From Octopus bimaculoides (taxonomy: Eukaryota), in NCBI RefSeq assembly GCF_001194135.2, contig NC_068982.1:133619883-133683882 (forward strand): 64,000 nucleotides of DNA, written 5' to 3'. The notes beneath the pieces are model-generated. The model did not search any database, was not told where the DNA came from, and saw only the letters and a program-made list of their open reading frames with translations. This document shows positions 24,802 through 37,794 of the stretch, piece after piece (position 1 is the stretch's first letter; the number at the start of each line of letters is the position of its first letter). The translations under genes and the position numbers were made by a program.

Positions 24802-25083
24802 ATTTTACTAGGGAAGGCCATTTTATGGGATTACCCTGAATTTCCCGTCCATAAAGGGTTTAACTTTATGGTGTATTGTCAGACCCCAAAACCTGTTGGC
24901 CTAAGACCACTTCAAAATAGGGAGGGGAAAGGCCTCGTAAGAGGCCTTAAGCTTTTCCCCCTCCATATTTTGAAGAAGTCTAAGGCCAACAGGTTTTCGG
25001 TTCTGACAATATGCCATAAAGTTAAACCCTTTATGGACGGGAAACTCGAGGTAATCTCATAAAACAGCCTTCCCTCATAAAAA
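24802..25083. mobile_element. Fold-back (palindromic) MITE-like element, about 280 bp
   Basis: Arms agggaaggc...tttcccgtccataaagggtttaactttatgg...aggcctc and their reverse complement meet at a 4-nt centre (gtaa, 24937-24940). Confidence 0.85.
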
Positions 25084-25392
25084 TTATATACTGCTCTACA
25101 ACTTAGAGTGTGCTTCTTCTCCGGATTTATGTTTTCTACAAATTATATATATATATAGAGAGAAAGAGCCAGGCAAAAATAAATCCTTATAAAATCTTTA
25201 CAGCTGTTTCAAAAATTTAGCAGCTGGTTGATGTAGTAATACATATTACTCAAATGGGTGTGCTTACTGATACTGTATTAAACATCAAGTATGTAGAAAT
25301 TATTCTGATTACACACTCATATTTTGCTTAGGCATTGTGTTACTAATAACCTGGTGTAGAACTCTATACATATGCTTACTCATCTGTACTCG

Positions 25393-25426
<34 letters not shown>

Positions 25427-25659
25427 GATAAGATAGATAATGTGTCATTTTGTATATATAGATATGTGTGTGTATGTATATATATGTGTATATATATATA
25501 CATATTTATGTATATATATATATATATGTATGTATATCATCATTTAACATCCATGTTCTATACGAGAATTGGTCAGATGTATATGTCAACACATGGTGTG
25601 TATTCATATGTAGGTGTATGTGTGTGTACATTTGTATATATGTACACACAAACATATAT

Positions 25660-27330
25660 GTCATCTTCCTCTGTCAATGTCCGTCCTTAATGCTTGCATG
25701 TGTTGGATGACTTAACAGGAATTGATAGTTCAATGAACTTCATTGTGTCAAAGTTTGCTTTCTATGTTTGGATGCTCTTGTTAATGTGAACTCTTTACAA
25801 AGTTCACTTGGTACTTTTCTTTGTAGTCAACACTAATGAGGTAAACATGCAACTTAGATCCCCTTTGACCAAATGGAGTTACAGGAGAAAAGGAGACAGC
25901 TTTATGTTAGGGAAAGAGAGGTTAAAGTATGAAAGGAGGTCCAAAATAGAACAGGTTTCTTGCTCGAGGGGTGGGATAAGAGAAGCTATGTAGCTACCCA
26001 CACAGAAGAATGAGTAGGAGTTACTTGGGTAGGGCTAGAAAGGGAGATACAATAGATGTGATGACGTATCGTCAGGGACCCAGGTACATTTGAGTAGATG
26101 GGTGACGGAAAAGCAAGAAGTGTGAATGCATTGGAGAGTGTGAGGGATGGTTAGAGATGCGGAATGTGTGAAGAGATGAATATAATAATTGGAAAACAAT
26201 GACTGAGGGGTGCTCAATGATAAATATGTTAGAGAGAAGAGTAGGTGATTATGTAGGGTTGAGGAGTGGATGAATACTGGACGAGGGTGAAAGGGATCAT
26301 TGATGATGCTCTTTTTCTGCATATTGAGCAAGGCCATTTACCTCTCTTCTTTCCTACCTTGGTCTTTGCTAAGTTTATCGTGAGACTTCTTGATTCTAAG
26401 TTTAGCTTCCATGTCTGGAATTGCCTCTCTAGTTCCACTATAGACTCAGCTATGTGAACTAGATCATTAGCATATCAGAGTTTCCATGGACAGCCATTCT
26501 TACTTAAATTCCTTTGTGATGTCCTGTATGACTCATGAATAGGACTGAGACTTTGTACTCAGTGAAATACCTTAGCCAACTCCTTTTTTTTTTTTTTGCA
26601 GTTGTCTCACTATGAAAACTGAATCAGTGATACTTCTGGGCACAAAGCCAAACTGCAATTCATCTAGGTCTACTTGTCACCTTCATAACCTGATCCTGTA
26701 GTTTGATTCCTCTATAATTTCTTTTCTCTAAGGCACCACCTTTGCTTTTATAGCAGTTCACAATGATGCTGTTATGCCAGTCATTTTGTACAACATTTCC
26801 TGTATTACTTGATTAACTATGTGGGTAGTAAATACGAATATTACCAAGTGTTTCGAGCATTTCTGCAACTATCCTTGATAGACCAACAACTTTACCTCTC
26901 TTCACATCATCGATAGCTTTATCTACCAAGTTGCCATTGACTTAATTTGCTGGTCCCTCTGTAAGGTCAGTTTGAGGTACCCTTTGCATTTTCTATGTTC
27001 AACAACCTCTCGTAATTGTATTTTGATGCCACTATCTTGTCTTCCACACTGATAGCGAGCATGCTTTCATTTAGAATACATTTCTCACCAATGTTGTCCT
27101 GCCTTTGTCTCATACACTCTCTCACAATCCTGAACACTTCACACATTGCAGGGTATGCATGAATTTCTTTCTATCTCACCGTTATCTAAGTATGAGAGTC
27201 ACCTAAATACTCTTCTAGCCATTTGATAATGCACTCTACTACTGCCCTCCTTCTATGTTTTCCAAGCCTGTCTCTGAACTCTTACTTCCCTGTCGATTGT
27301 CACTCCATCACCACAGCACATTCAGTTATG
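25660..27330 (-). mobile_element. Decayed RTE-clade LINE (RT, C-terminal Cys motif, 3' UTR)
   Basis: The minus strand gives WHNSIIVNCYKSKGGALEKRNYRGIKLQDQ, GCPWKL*YANDL (remnant of the YADD motif) and LESRSLTINLAKTKV...GKWPCSICRK. Confidence 0.88.
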
Positions 27331-27594
27331 CTGGGGCTTACAATAAACCATATGAGACATCTGATTTGTAGCCTTAGGCAGGTTATTATGTAGATATTCC
27401 CAGTTGCCATCTACACTATCTTCCTCCCTATAGTCATATGTATCAATTATAACTTCTGGAAACCTATGCCCAACTGCAGGATCTTTTAAATTCCATGTTT
27501 TCTTTCTCCATTTCATCTTCTGTTTTTGTGTCTGCCTTGTTCTAGCTCTCATGTCACTAGCGATTGATCTATGTTGTGTAGTGCACACCAGGAA

Positions 27595-27595
<1 letters not shown>

Positions 27596-27628
<33 letters not shown>

Positions 27629-27733
27629 AATGACCCTTTTGTTCTGTCCTCTTGTGAAAATGTAATCTGTCTGATTTTAAATGGTCACCCGATTGGTAGG
27701 TCATGAAGTGCTTAACTGATATGTGCGCATATA

Positions 27734-27794
<61 letters not shown>

Positions 27795-27805
27795 CACACA
27801 CACGC
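27596..27805. repeat. Poly-T tract and (TA)n(CA)n microsatellite
   Basis: Directly visible. Confidence 0.9.
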
Positions 27806-29289
27806 ACATGCATACACATTAGTTATATTTCTATTTTAGCTATTAACATGTTAACCTATTTTTTATCAGCAGTTGATCTGAGAGAAAGTCTTATTTTTTA
27901 AATTTTAATTTAATAATCTGGGCTAGTTTTTGTTCTCAGATTGTTTTGAGTCTTGTGTGATTTATCTAAAAGCAGTTTTCTTACACTGCCTCGAGATAGC
28001 ATTAATAAATTATTGATAACCAATGGAGTTTTCCCTATTAGTCATAGAGCGTTATTATCATTGGTTGTAATCATTTGTAATTTCTTCTTAATTATATCCT
28101 TAAAAAACCCCCCAAAACTCAGTAACTAATAATCTCGAATTGTAGTCCACACTGATGGAATTTCTGTTTTATGTTTATAAAATTCAAATCTATAAGCATT
28201 TAATAGTATTCAAAAATGATTTGAGCCTTGTGAATTATTACCTTCTTTTTTTTTGTACTTACATTGATACTATTAATCCTAGGTGTTTTTACACCCGTCT
28301 CCTTTGTTCATTCTTGAAATGTTATATTTCTTTTACAGAAAAAGGAAAGGAAGCTGTTGTATATTTTGTTTGCGTGTTATTTCCGTTCCCGTTTTCATTC
28401 AGGTTGCTGTTGAGTGTCATGCTTTCGCTTTTACAAAATCTCTTTCTAAACTAAGCCAACTATTTTAATTGGTGGGAGTGTGTGTGTGTGTTATGTGATT
28501 GTTTTAAAGTTTCAGCTATATTCAGTCATGTAAGGAAATAAGGATTTAATTAATGAGTTTGTTTAAATGATTGATGGGGTGATATATTACAAAATGTAAT
28601 GTTACTTATGAGTACTTTGAAAGATTTCTTTGCACAGCATAAATTTATTAACTTGATATAAATTTAATGTTGGAATTTTATGAAGCTATGATGTAGTTGT
28701 ATAGCTACTTCTGACATTTATTTTAAAATATCATCATCATCATTGTGGTCATTGTGTTTATGCCCACTTTTTCCATGCTGCCATGGGCTGGACAAAATAT
28801 GGAGCTATATTTTATGGTTAGATGCCTGTCCTGATACCAACTTGTTTTCAAGTAAGGTGCATTATTCCACTAGTCTTGGCACATTTAACTACCAAACTGC
28901 TGGACATAGATGAACATCACTACTACTTAAGCAGTATCAGGGCAGACTCATGGAGACACACTCAAAATTTATTTCTATGTATCAAATTTCATACACACTG
29001 ATGGCTAAGTGGTGACTCATTTCTCTACCAAACCCCTAAACTTGAACCTCACCACTAGATGCAGTTTAAAGTGTTGCCCAGTACATATCTTCCCCTTATC
29101 CAATTTATTAAAAAAAAATTAATACATTTATATTATCAAAATATATTGCCCAAAGTGACTTACCATTTACTATGGCCAAAACATCACCTGAATTAATTTT
29201 TTAATTTTTTTTTATGGGATTGTTCCAGAGACCATTTGGATGCCCCTGCTCCAACACTTATCCTTTTGATCTTTTTTGCCAAACCGCTA

Positions 29290-29465
29290 TGATATGGGGA
29301 TGTAAATGAATCAATGCAGGCAGACAAACACAAAGAAATGCACACACACAATTTCCGTCTAATCCATATGCTAGGCATTTACTCAGGGCTATAGTAGAAG
29401 ATTTTTCCAAGGTAGAGTGCAGAGTGACTGAGCCTGAAACCACATCGTTGCAAAACAAACTTCTT
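29290..29465 (-). mobile_element. SINE family A, 5' half
   Basis: Reverse complement of the family A head. Further fragments lie at about 3440-3560, 12190-12360, 24400-24510, 34820-34930, 44575-44700 and 54160-54290. Confidence 0.75.
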
Positions 29466-30868
29466 AAATACACAGCCATGCCTGCACCTTTATAATAATT
29501 TTATTTTATAAAATTTGTTGCAATTATATTGTTTTTTAACAATGATTGCTGCAGAGTGTGTTTGGTGTATAGCTTGGTTTTTATTCCTGTTCATAATTAA
29601 CCCATATTACATATGTATCTACATCCCTTCAGAAAAGCAGACACATTATATAATATCAGTTGATTTCTTTTATAATACTTTGTTCTTTGGTTGAATTTAC
29701 ACTGTAAAAGCATGTTCTTTTACGAAAAGTTATCAGATCCTCATACGAATTCTCCCCTCTGTATATCTTACTATTTTAAAAATTTGGGTGGGGTAGCCCT
29801 ACGTGATGTAAATTGGGTTTTGCAAGTAAAATACTACCACTGTTGGGACTCAAATGCAGTTGTAAGAATTTATTTCTCTTTTAGAATTATTGCACTGTTT
29901 GCTTTTTTTAAAAACATTTTTGGTAAAAAATATAAATTAGTTGAGATGTATTTGCTGAAAAATGGTGTAGAAGTAATCTTAGAATCTCTTGTTCTATAAC
30001 TGTGAATTATATTATGTAGGTCAACCCTGAATGCATTTTCTCCTTTTATAGTTTCTTTGTATTCCTAGTCAGACTTTTTATCTGAAATCTCATTTTCTGT
30101 GAAAGAAGGCAGTGCCCGAGACATTTTACAGAACTTCTGTGACTGGCAGAAAGAATGTATTTTCAAACCAGAGTCCTAATGTTTGCAAAAGAGTCATCAT
30201 CATCATCATCATCATTTAACATCTATCTTCCATGCTGGCATGGGTGGCACAGTTTGACAGGATCTGACAAGTTGGAGGACTGTGTCCTCCTATAGTGTAA
30301 TCCAATGTCTATTTAGAATAGTCTGATGGTAATGCTAAAACCAGGCAATGAATTTACTGCCAGAGTAGGCCAAAGTGAGATTTGAACTCAAAATGTAATG
30401 AGTCAGGACAAATACTTCAAGGCATCTTGTTGGATGTTCTTATGAGTAAGCCAATCCATCACTCTGAGTTTGTACTTTTTTATTGTCCCTGCAAGTATGA
30501 AAGTTCGAGTTGACTTTGAAAGGATTCGAACTCAGAACAGAGAGAGTTAAAACAAATACTGCAAGGCATTCTGTTTAACAGATTGTCATAATAATTAACA
30601 TAAAATTGAATTTTAGGAAGTTATTTTTATAAGTTTCAGTTGAACATTGGGGGTTAATGTAATCAGCTTCCCCCCTCTCCAAATTTTAGCCCTTGTGCTT
30701 ATAGTAGAAAGACAACTTATTATTCTGCTGAGGTCGACTTTGTTTTTCATCCTTTCGGGGTCAATAGATTAAGTACCAGTGAAACACTGGGGTTGATGTG
30801 ATCAACTGTCTCCCTCTCCACAAAATTCAGGCCTTGTGCCCACAGTAGAAAGGATTATTATTATTATT

Positions 30869-31469
30869 GATGATTGTCTTGCTGCCCGCCTTTAATTGGA
30901 CAGGCAAGGCAGTTTTCCTTTGCCTGGTGGCTGTGGCAAAAGCGGTTGTGTGGTGGGCGAGGCTGAAAGGCATGAGGACAAATAGTTTCCTCTTTGGTAG
31001 AGGTCTCATTGACTTCTTCAAGTTTCACTTGAAATGGAAATTGAAGGTCGAGACGCAAGCGCTATCCTTGAGTGGTTTTATTGAAAGGTGGGTGAAAGTT
31101 GCAAAAATGGCAAGAGTGGACGGTTCCTCTCTAAGTGTAGACCTGTGAGTTGGAGAAAGGGAATTGGAAGGGGTACTTGCTCTTGATGTTCGGGGAGATC
31201 TCAGACAGTAGGGTTCCTTGATTATCCTTTGAGGTCATTCTGTATCAGGAGAGCTACATCTCTATCATCCCTGCCCCCTTTTTTTTTTAGCTTTGTATAC
31301 CGTGTACATATCCCTTCTTTTTCATTGTATACTGTGAATATCCCCCCTCTTTTTTTTTTTTTATCATTTCATTATATGTAAACCCCCACACTTTGTGTCA
31401 GTCTTTGTATTGTCCCCCTCATCCGCCCTGGTGGCAAATAAATGATATTATTATTATTATTATTATTAT
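30869..31469 (+). mobile_element. 5'-truncated Tx1/L1-like LINE: ORF2 C-terminus, 3' UTR, AATAAA and (ATT)n tail
   Basis: ORF 30867-31148 (CLVAVAKAVVWWAR...LIDFFKFHL...FIERW) resembles L1/Tx1 ORF2 ends. AATAAA lies at 31437-31442, and (ATT)n flanks both sides. Confidence 0.7.
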
Positions 31470-31670
31470 AGTGAGCTGACAGTCACTAGAGCATCAGACA
31501 AAATGCTAAGTGGCTTTACTTCTGGCACTTTAGGTTCCAAGTTCAAAAACTAAGTATCAGTTGAGCACTGGGGTTGATGTAATTGACTAACTCCTCCCCC
31601 AAAATTTCAGGTCTTATTATTATTATTATTGTTATTATTATTATTATTATTATTATCATCATTATTATTA

Positions 31671-31894
31671 TAAGGTGACAAGCTGGCAGAATTATTAGCA
31701 TGCTGGGCACAATGCTTAAAGGTATTTTGTCTGCCGCTACGTTCTGAGTTCAAATTCTGCTGAGGTTGGCTTTGCCTTTCATGCTTTCAGGGTCGATAAA
31801 TTAAGTACCAGTGAAACACTAGCATTGATGTAATTGATTAGTCCCCTCCCCCAAAATTTCAGGCCTTGCGCCAATAGTAGAAAGGATTATTATT
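31671..31894 (+). mobile_element. SINE family B, full length, between (ATT)n tracts
   Basis: A-box-like and B-box-like head, central gctttgcctttcatgctttcagggtcgataaattaagtaccag domain, tail agtagaaaggattattatt. Confidence 0.88.
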
Positions 31895-33554
31895 TTGCCC
31901 TATTGAAATTGTTGTTTAAAAACATGAACAAATAGGAAAATATAAATTGAATATTCATGATAACGTATTAACTGTTTTTGAATAAGGATTGTAACTAAGA
32001 AAGAAAATAATTGAATAATATCATTAAGTGCAAGTAGAATAAGTTTATAAGTTTCTAACAAAGACTTAATATTAGATTACCTATATTATAAAAGAAAATA
32101 CTAGTTATAGCTTCTTGGCAGGAAAGCATGAACTATGAGAAGTAAAAGGAAGACTACTTTTTCTTAAATTCACAAAAGTAGAACTTTTAAATGAAAGTTT
32201 CCTGAAATTCCATAAATTACGTTTGCAAACACGATAGGCAATTCCCCCAAGATTAGCAATGCACTTCCCCAAAGTAATCTTGAGTCATTTTGGAATGTAA
32301 ACAAGTAATGTATGCTATGCTATTACCATCTGGCAAACTGAGCTATGCAGAATGAATGTTACTCCTAGAAATTGTATCATCAACAATGACATTTTCCTAC
32401 GATTGATGAAAAAATATGGAATGAAAAGTCACCTGGGAAAGATGTTGTTTGTGTGAAAAGTTGACATTTCATATTCATTTAGTGATTTCTAATGAAAAAA
32501 AAAGTTTAAAAAATGTTTAACATCAAATTGTATAACATTAGAAGCTAAGAATAGGGGGGGGGGAGTAATTTATCAAGGAAGTTTAAGTATATTGCAGATG
32601 TAATATTTGGGGTAAAAATACATATAAAGTTATACAATAAGTTGCCTGAATTAATTTCTTCAAAATTTTTTAGGTGCAGGGGATGTGGGCTGTGAGTAGT
32701 CCCAAAAGAAGGAACTGTTCAGAACAGTTTCCTGTAAGCAAGATGGTCTTCTGTTTACTTGCAAATCTTCAATATAATGGTCCAGTGACAGCTCAGTTGG
32801 GGTTTGCAAAAATATCTGTCCTTTTGTAGGTACTATAAGCACAAAGTTTCCACTTTTGATAAGTGTAGTTATGAGCATTGTAATAACTATCAGCATTTTA
32901 ATAACTATAAGTATCAGCATCAGAATCTACTTCTTAACAGAAATAAGGACAGAAATGGATTTTACTGTTCCAGAAGATCCACAACTTGGTCTGTTCCAAT
33001 AGCAGAACTGTTAATCTGGCTAAAGGAATTCTTAGATATATGACACACATACACACCCTCACACTAGTTCATTATAAACCGAGTCAGGATTGTAAATCTG
33101 ATTACTGGTGGCAATCCAATTACTATCTGTTTTCTCTGTCTTTGATAAGAACTGCTTTAATTAATTTTGTTAGAACTGAATAAATAGTAATTCTGAAAGC
33201 TATTGAAATTATGGAAGCTGTTGTCTTTCATCAACAAGCTCATCATACTCTATAATGCCTTTGAAAATTTTTCTACCATTGTTTAGGATACAAGATTCCT
33301 AGAGAAATCCATATGTTGCCTGTTGTACAGTTTTATTGTAGTTTGCTTAACCTATAAACATTTAGTGTGAAAAAAATGTATTTTACTAGGTGGTGTGAGG
33401 AAATCTAACTGATATTTTGTTTTAAATTTTTTTATAGGGCTTAGTACATTTTAGCCATCTTGAACTAGTGGTTTTAAATTCCCTCATTTCATATATATAT
33501 ATACACACACACATCCATACATACAAATGTATGTATGGTTTTATATATATATAT

Positions 33555-33905
33555 AGGCGTAGAAGTGGCTGTGTGGTAAGTAGCTTGCTTACCAACCACA
33601 TGGTCCCGGGTTCAGTCCCACTGCGTGGCATCTTGGGCAAGTGTCTTCTACTATAGCCTCGGGCCGACCAAAGCCTTGTGAGTGGATTTGGTAGACGGAA
33701 ACTGAAAGAAGCCTGTCGTATATATGTATATATATATATGTATGTGTGTATGTGTTTGTCCCCCCCAACATCGCTTGACAACCGATGCTGGTGTGTTTAT
33801 GTCCCCGTAACTTAGCAGTTCGGCAAAAGAGACCGATAGAATAAGTACTAGGCTTCCAAAGAATAAGTCCTGGGGTCGATTTGCTCGACTAAAAGGCGGT
33901 GCTTC
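33555..33905 (+). mobile_element. SINE family A, young CpG-retaining copy running into a gap
   Basis: Intact head gtggctgtgtggtaagtagcttgc...gggttcagtcccactgcgtggcatcttgggcaagtgtc, with many CpGs preserved. Confidence 0.9.
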
Positions 33906-34664
33906 NNNNNNNNNNNNNNNNNNNNNNNNNNNNNNNNNNNNNNNNNNNNNNNNNNNNNNNNNNNNNNNNNNNNNNNNNNNNNNNNNNNNNNNNNNNNNNN
34001 NNNNNNNNNNNNNNNNNNNNNNNNNNNNNNNNNNNNNNNNNNNNNNNNNNNNNNNNNNNNNNNNNNNNNNNNNNNNNNNNNNNNNNNNNNNNNNNNNNNN
34101 NNNNNNNNNNNNNNNNNNNNNNNNNNNNNNNNNNNNNNNNNNNNNNNNNNNNNNNNNNNNNNNNNNNNNNNNNNNNNNNNNNNNNNNNNNNNNNNNNNNN
34201 NNNNNNNNNNNNNNNNNNNNNNNNNNNNNNNNNNNNNNNNNNNNNNNNNNNNNNNNNNNNNNNNNNNNNNNNNNNNNNNNNNNNNNNNNNNNNNNNNNNN
34301 NNNNNNNNNNNNNNNNNNNNNNNNNNNNNNNNNNNNNNNNNNNNNNNNNNNNNNNNNNNNNNNNNNNNNNNNNNNNNNNNNNNNNNNNNNNNNNNNNNNN
34401 NNNNNNNNNNNNNNNNNNNNNNNNNNNNNNNNNNNNNNNNNNNNNNNNNNNNNNNNNNNNNNNNNNNNNNNNNNNNNNNNNNNNNNNNNNNNNNNNNNNN
34501 NNNNNNNNNNNNNNNNNNNNNNNNNNNNNNNNNNNNNNNNNNNNNNNNNNNNNNNNNNNNNNNNNNNNNNNNNNNNNNNNNNNNNNNNNNNNNNNNNNNN
34601 NNNNNNNNNNNNNNNNNNNNNNNNNNNNNNNNNNNNNNNNNNNNNNNNNNNNNNNNNNNNNNNN
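33906..34664. other. Assembly gap (largest of six; the others are 6583-6663, 23061-23070, 38988-39229, 46203-46437 and 47848-48281)
   Basis: N runs, each abutting a (TA)n, (CT)n or (CA)n microsatellite, as is typical of short-read assemblies. Confidence 0.99.
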
Positions 34665-34731
<67 letters not shown>

Positions 34732-35080
34732 CTGGTAGCTTGCACCATGCTTTCACTTATTAAGATGCCTGTGTAGTTGCCAGCAGATAGCTGCATTTAT
34801 AAGCAGATGAACAAACTAGAACAGTGTGAGATGATGTGCCTTGCCCAAGGATACAATATGCTGGTCACTCCAGAAATTGAAGATATGAGTTCATGATCAT
34901 GAGTCCAACACCCTTACCATAAGGCTATGGGTCTTCCTTCTGTGTGTCTTTCCAATTGTGAACCACTCACCAGCATGTCACAAATACTTATTACACTTGA
35001 AAACTGATAATATGCATATTCATCTTTTAACAAGATTTGAACCAATGCACAAGATAGATATGAAGCAAAATATCTATTAA

Positions 35081-35303
35081 CCTTTTCATTACCATTTTTG
35101 GGTTGATATATATAATGCCTTTGCTTCAATTAATTTTGAAAATTAGGAAGAATTAATAAAATAACTTTGTCATGGTTATTCTGGCATTTGTAACATAAGT
35201 CAACATGAAATTTTGATGGAAGGTTTTGATCTAGACCACTTTAAATCAAAATGTTTGTATCATAGATCCAAGGGCAGTTTCAGGTAGGTTAGTATCAAAT
35301 GGG
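35081..35303. mobile_element. piggyBac-like MITE family F (TTAA TSD)
   Basis: TTAA|cctttt...ggg|TTAA. Homologous copies lie at 58300-58513, 62980-63197 and about 16745-16970, 40970-41140, 48282-48470, 55000-55257 and 57628-57827. Confidence 0.8.
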
Positions 35304-35541
35304 TTAAACAAAATTCACAATCCCAAGGCAAGTAAAAATATATACTTCAAGCAATATTTATGCAAATAACTGTACTGAAAGACTTCACTTAATAAACGGA
35401 AACATCACATGTGCATAAAGCATAAAGTCAAATCTGACCGCTTTTTGCTGTCTTGTGTTATTAATCCAGCAATATATTTGAATAAATACTAAGAGAAATT
35501 AATGCACTACATCTGTGTCATACACCAAGTATTTATTTTTG

Positions 35542-35578
<37 letters not shown>

Positions 35579-35580
35579 TT

Positions 35581-35790
35581 ATATTTGTGTATATATCTAT
35601 GTTTATACATATAAATGTATATATGCATGTATGTGTATATAGATAGATATTTGTATGTATCTATGTTTATACATGTAAATGTATATATGCATATATGTGT
35701 ATATAGGTAGGTATTTGTATATATGCATGTTTACACCTGTAAATGTACATATGCATGTATGTGTACATAGATAGGTATTTGTATATGTAT
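35581..35790. repeat. Minisatellite with a 64-66-bp unit, about 3.2 copies
   Basis: Units start at 35581, 35647, 35711 and 35775 with (a/g)tatttgt and each complete unit ends in ag(a/g)tag. Confidence 0.85.
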
Positions 35791-36188
35791 ATATATATAT
35801 ATATATAAACGATGATGCATATATGCATATGTGTGCATGTGTGTGAATGCGTATTTATATATATATAATAGCTGTAGCCCTTGTCATCTGCTATAATCAG
35901 TCTGAGTATCTACATCTGGAATGTTAATAATACTAGTTTCACCTCTCTAAAGTGCAGGCCTTATCAAGGTTTTTTTCTTTTGGTCTTTTTTTTTAGGTAG
36001 GGATGAAATCCAATGGGTTAGGTTTGTAATCTCTTGCTTAATGCCTCAACAACCAGGACAAACTCTGGCATAATGAACCTTTATTTTCATGATGGGTTTC
36101 AGCTTATATATAAGCTGAAACCCATCAGGAAAATGTATATATATATATATATATATGTATATGTATGTATGTGTATATATGTATGTAT

Positions 36189-36219
<31 letters not shown>

Positions 36220-37689
36220 TGTATATATGTATATGTATATATATATATAGCCGTAGAAACCATGCCAAATCAGACTGGAGTCTGGTGCAGCCCTCCAGCT
36301 TGCCAGCCCTGGTCAAACTGTCCAACTCATTCCAACATGGACAATGGACATTAAATGACATATGGTGATACACTCATTGTCGTTTTATGTTGGCATGAGT
36401 TGGATAGGATTTTTTTTTTTTTTTTAGGTCATGTTTTATGCCTGCACACTCTTTCTTGTCCCACACATTTAGTCACTTATAGCATTAAGGACATGTTATG
36501 TCTGATTTAAAAATCAGGACAGGCAGACACACACACACACACAAATTCATCATTATTATTATTTTATGTTTGTATGCCATGCTGGCAATTGTTGGACAGT
36601 TCAACAGGATCTGACTAGCCTGAGGCCTGCATTGGTCTCCAATGTCAGCCTTTCCTGATTTTAACCACTTTATAGCATGCGTTGGGTTCTTTCTTTTTGG
36701 CATTGACACTAGTGAGGTCATCAAGTAACTCACAAGACAACACTTGACAGAGTTGGAGTGCAATAGTATGGGAGATGTCTTTTTGCCAAAGTATGAAAGA
36801 GGGACAGGAGCAGACATGTATTTTTTTTCATGTGCTGACTAGTATTTTTGCTTTATCTAAAACTTTCATTTCTTATTAGGAAACTAGTATTATTAACTAA
36901 TTCTGTGCATATGAACTATATAGAGAACAAAGAATTTTCAAACACTCTTTTGTTAATATAAGACTGATTGTTCTTTAAAGGTATAAATTATAGTATTATC
37001 ATCATGAAATATAATTTAGTTTGTAAATGCTGATAAAGAAATTTCTTTTGGAACTAAATAGTGTCTGTATGTCACTTTTGATCAATATGATTAGAAAATA
37101 TGTGTAATGAAATAAGTCCTGTTGAGTCAAGAATTGAAATTTGATGGTAGCACTGTTTATATCATGATTATTTGTGGTTTGTTGAGTGACTGTTGAATTA
37201 AATATTAAAATTGCTAGAGCTAAAGTCTCTCGTCAATTGAATATGCAAAAAAGAATTCTGATGATAAATTGATCAAATATCATATGTGATGGCAGAATTT
37301 GTTGTTGTAATTGAAGAAAAAGACTTATGAGCAATAATGGTGGATACTTAATTATCATCACCCCTTAATTTATATCCAGTTTATATAGCTTCAGGAAACA
37401 ATCAGAGCTATGTAGATTTATGGAAAAGTATTGTGGGGTGTAATTTTTTTTTTTTTTCAATGATGAATCATGAATGAAATCTTGCACAGACAGATTTGAT
37501 ATTTGCCCTATTATTAATACAATATATTTTTACGTTTCTCTTACATTTTTATCAAGTGGATATTTTTTTCTAAATTCATCTTGGCTTGTAAGTTGGTCTG
37601 TATCAAATTGTATACAACCTAAGAGCCATATGTTTTTGGGTTGGGCTTCTATAATTTCTGAAGTTCAAAATATCACACCTCTCTTATGT

Positions 37690-37740
<51 letters not shown>

Positions 37741-37794
37741 CTCATCATCGTTTAATGACCATTTCCCATGCTGGCATGGGTTATATATATAGAG

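Noticed and set aside
28330-28470. CpG-containing segment with two strong acceptors
   Set aside because: There is no matching consensus donor and the frames close within about 40 codons, so it cannot be supported as an exon.
30069-30179. Protein-like short frame SDFLSEISFSVKEGSARDILQNFCDWQKECIFKPES*
   Set aside because: It has no convincing donor and no recognisable family, and at 36 codons it is within chance expectation.
33651-34796. Long ORFs of 278-381 aa in the ORF track, and similar ones at 38974, 46124 and 47778-48345
   Set aside because: They consist mainly of X residues from N gaps plus (TA)n-encoded YI repeats, so they are artefacts.
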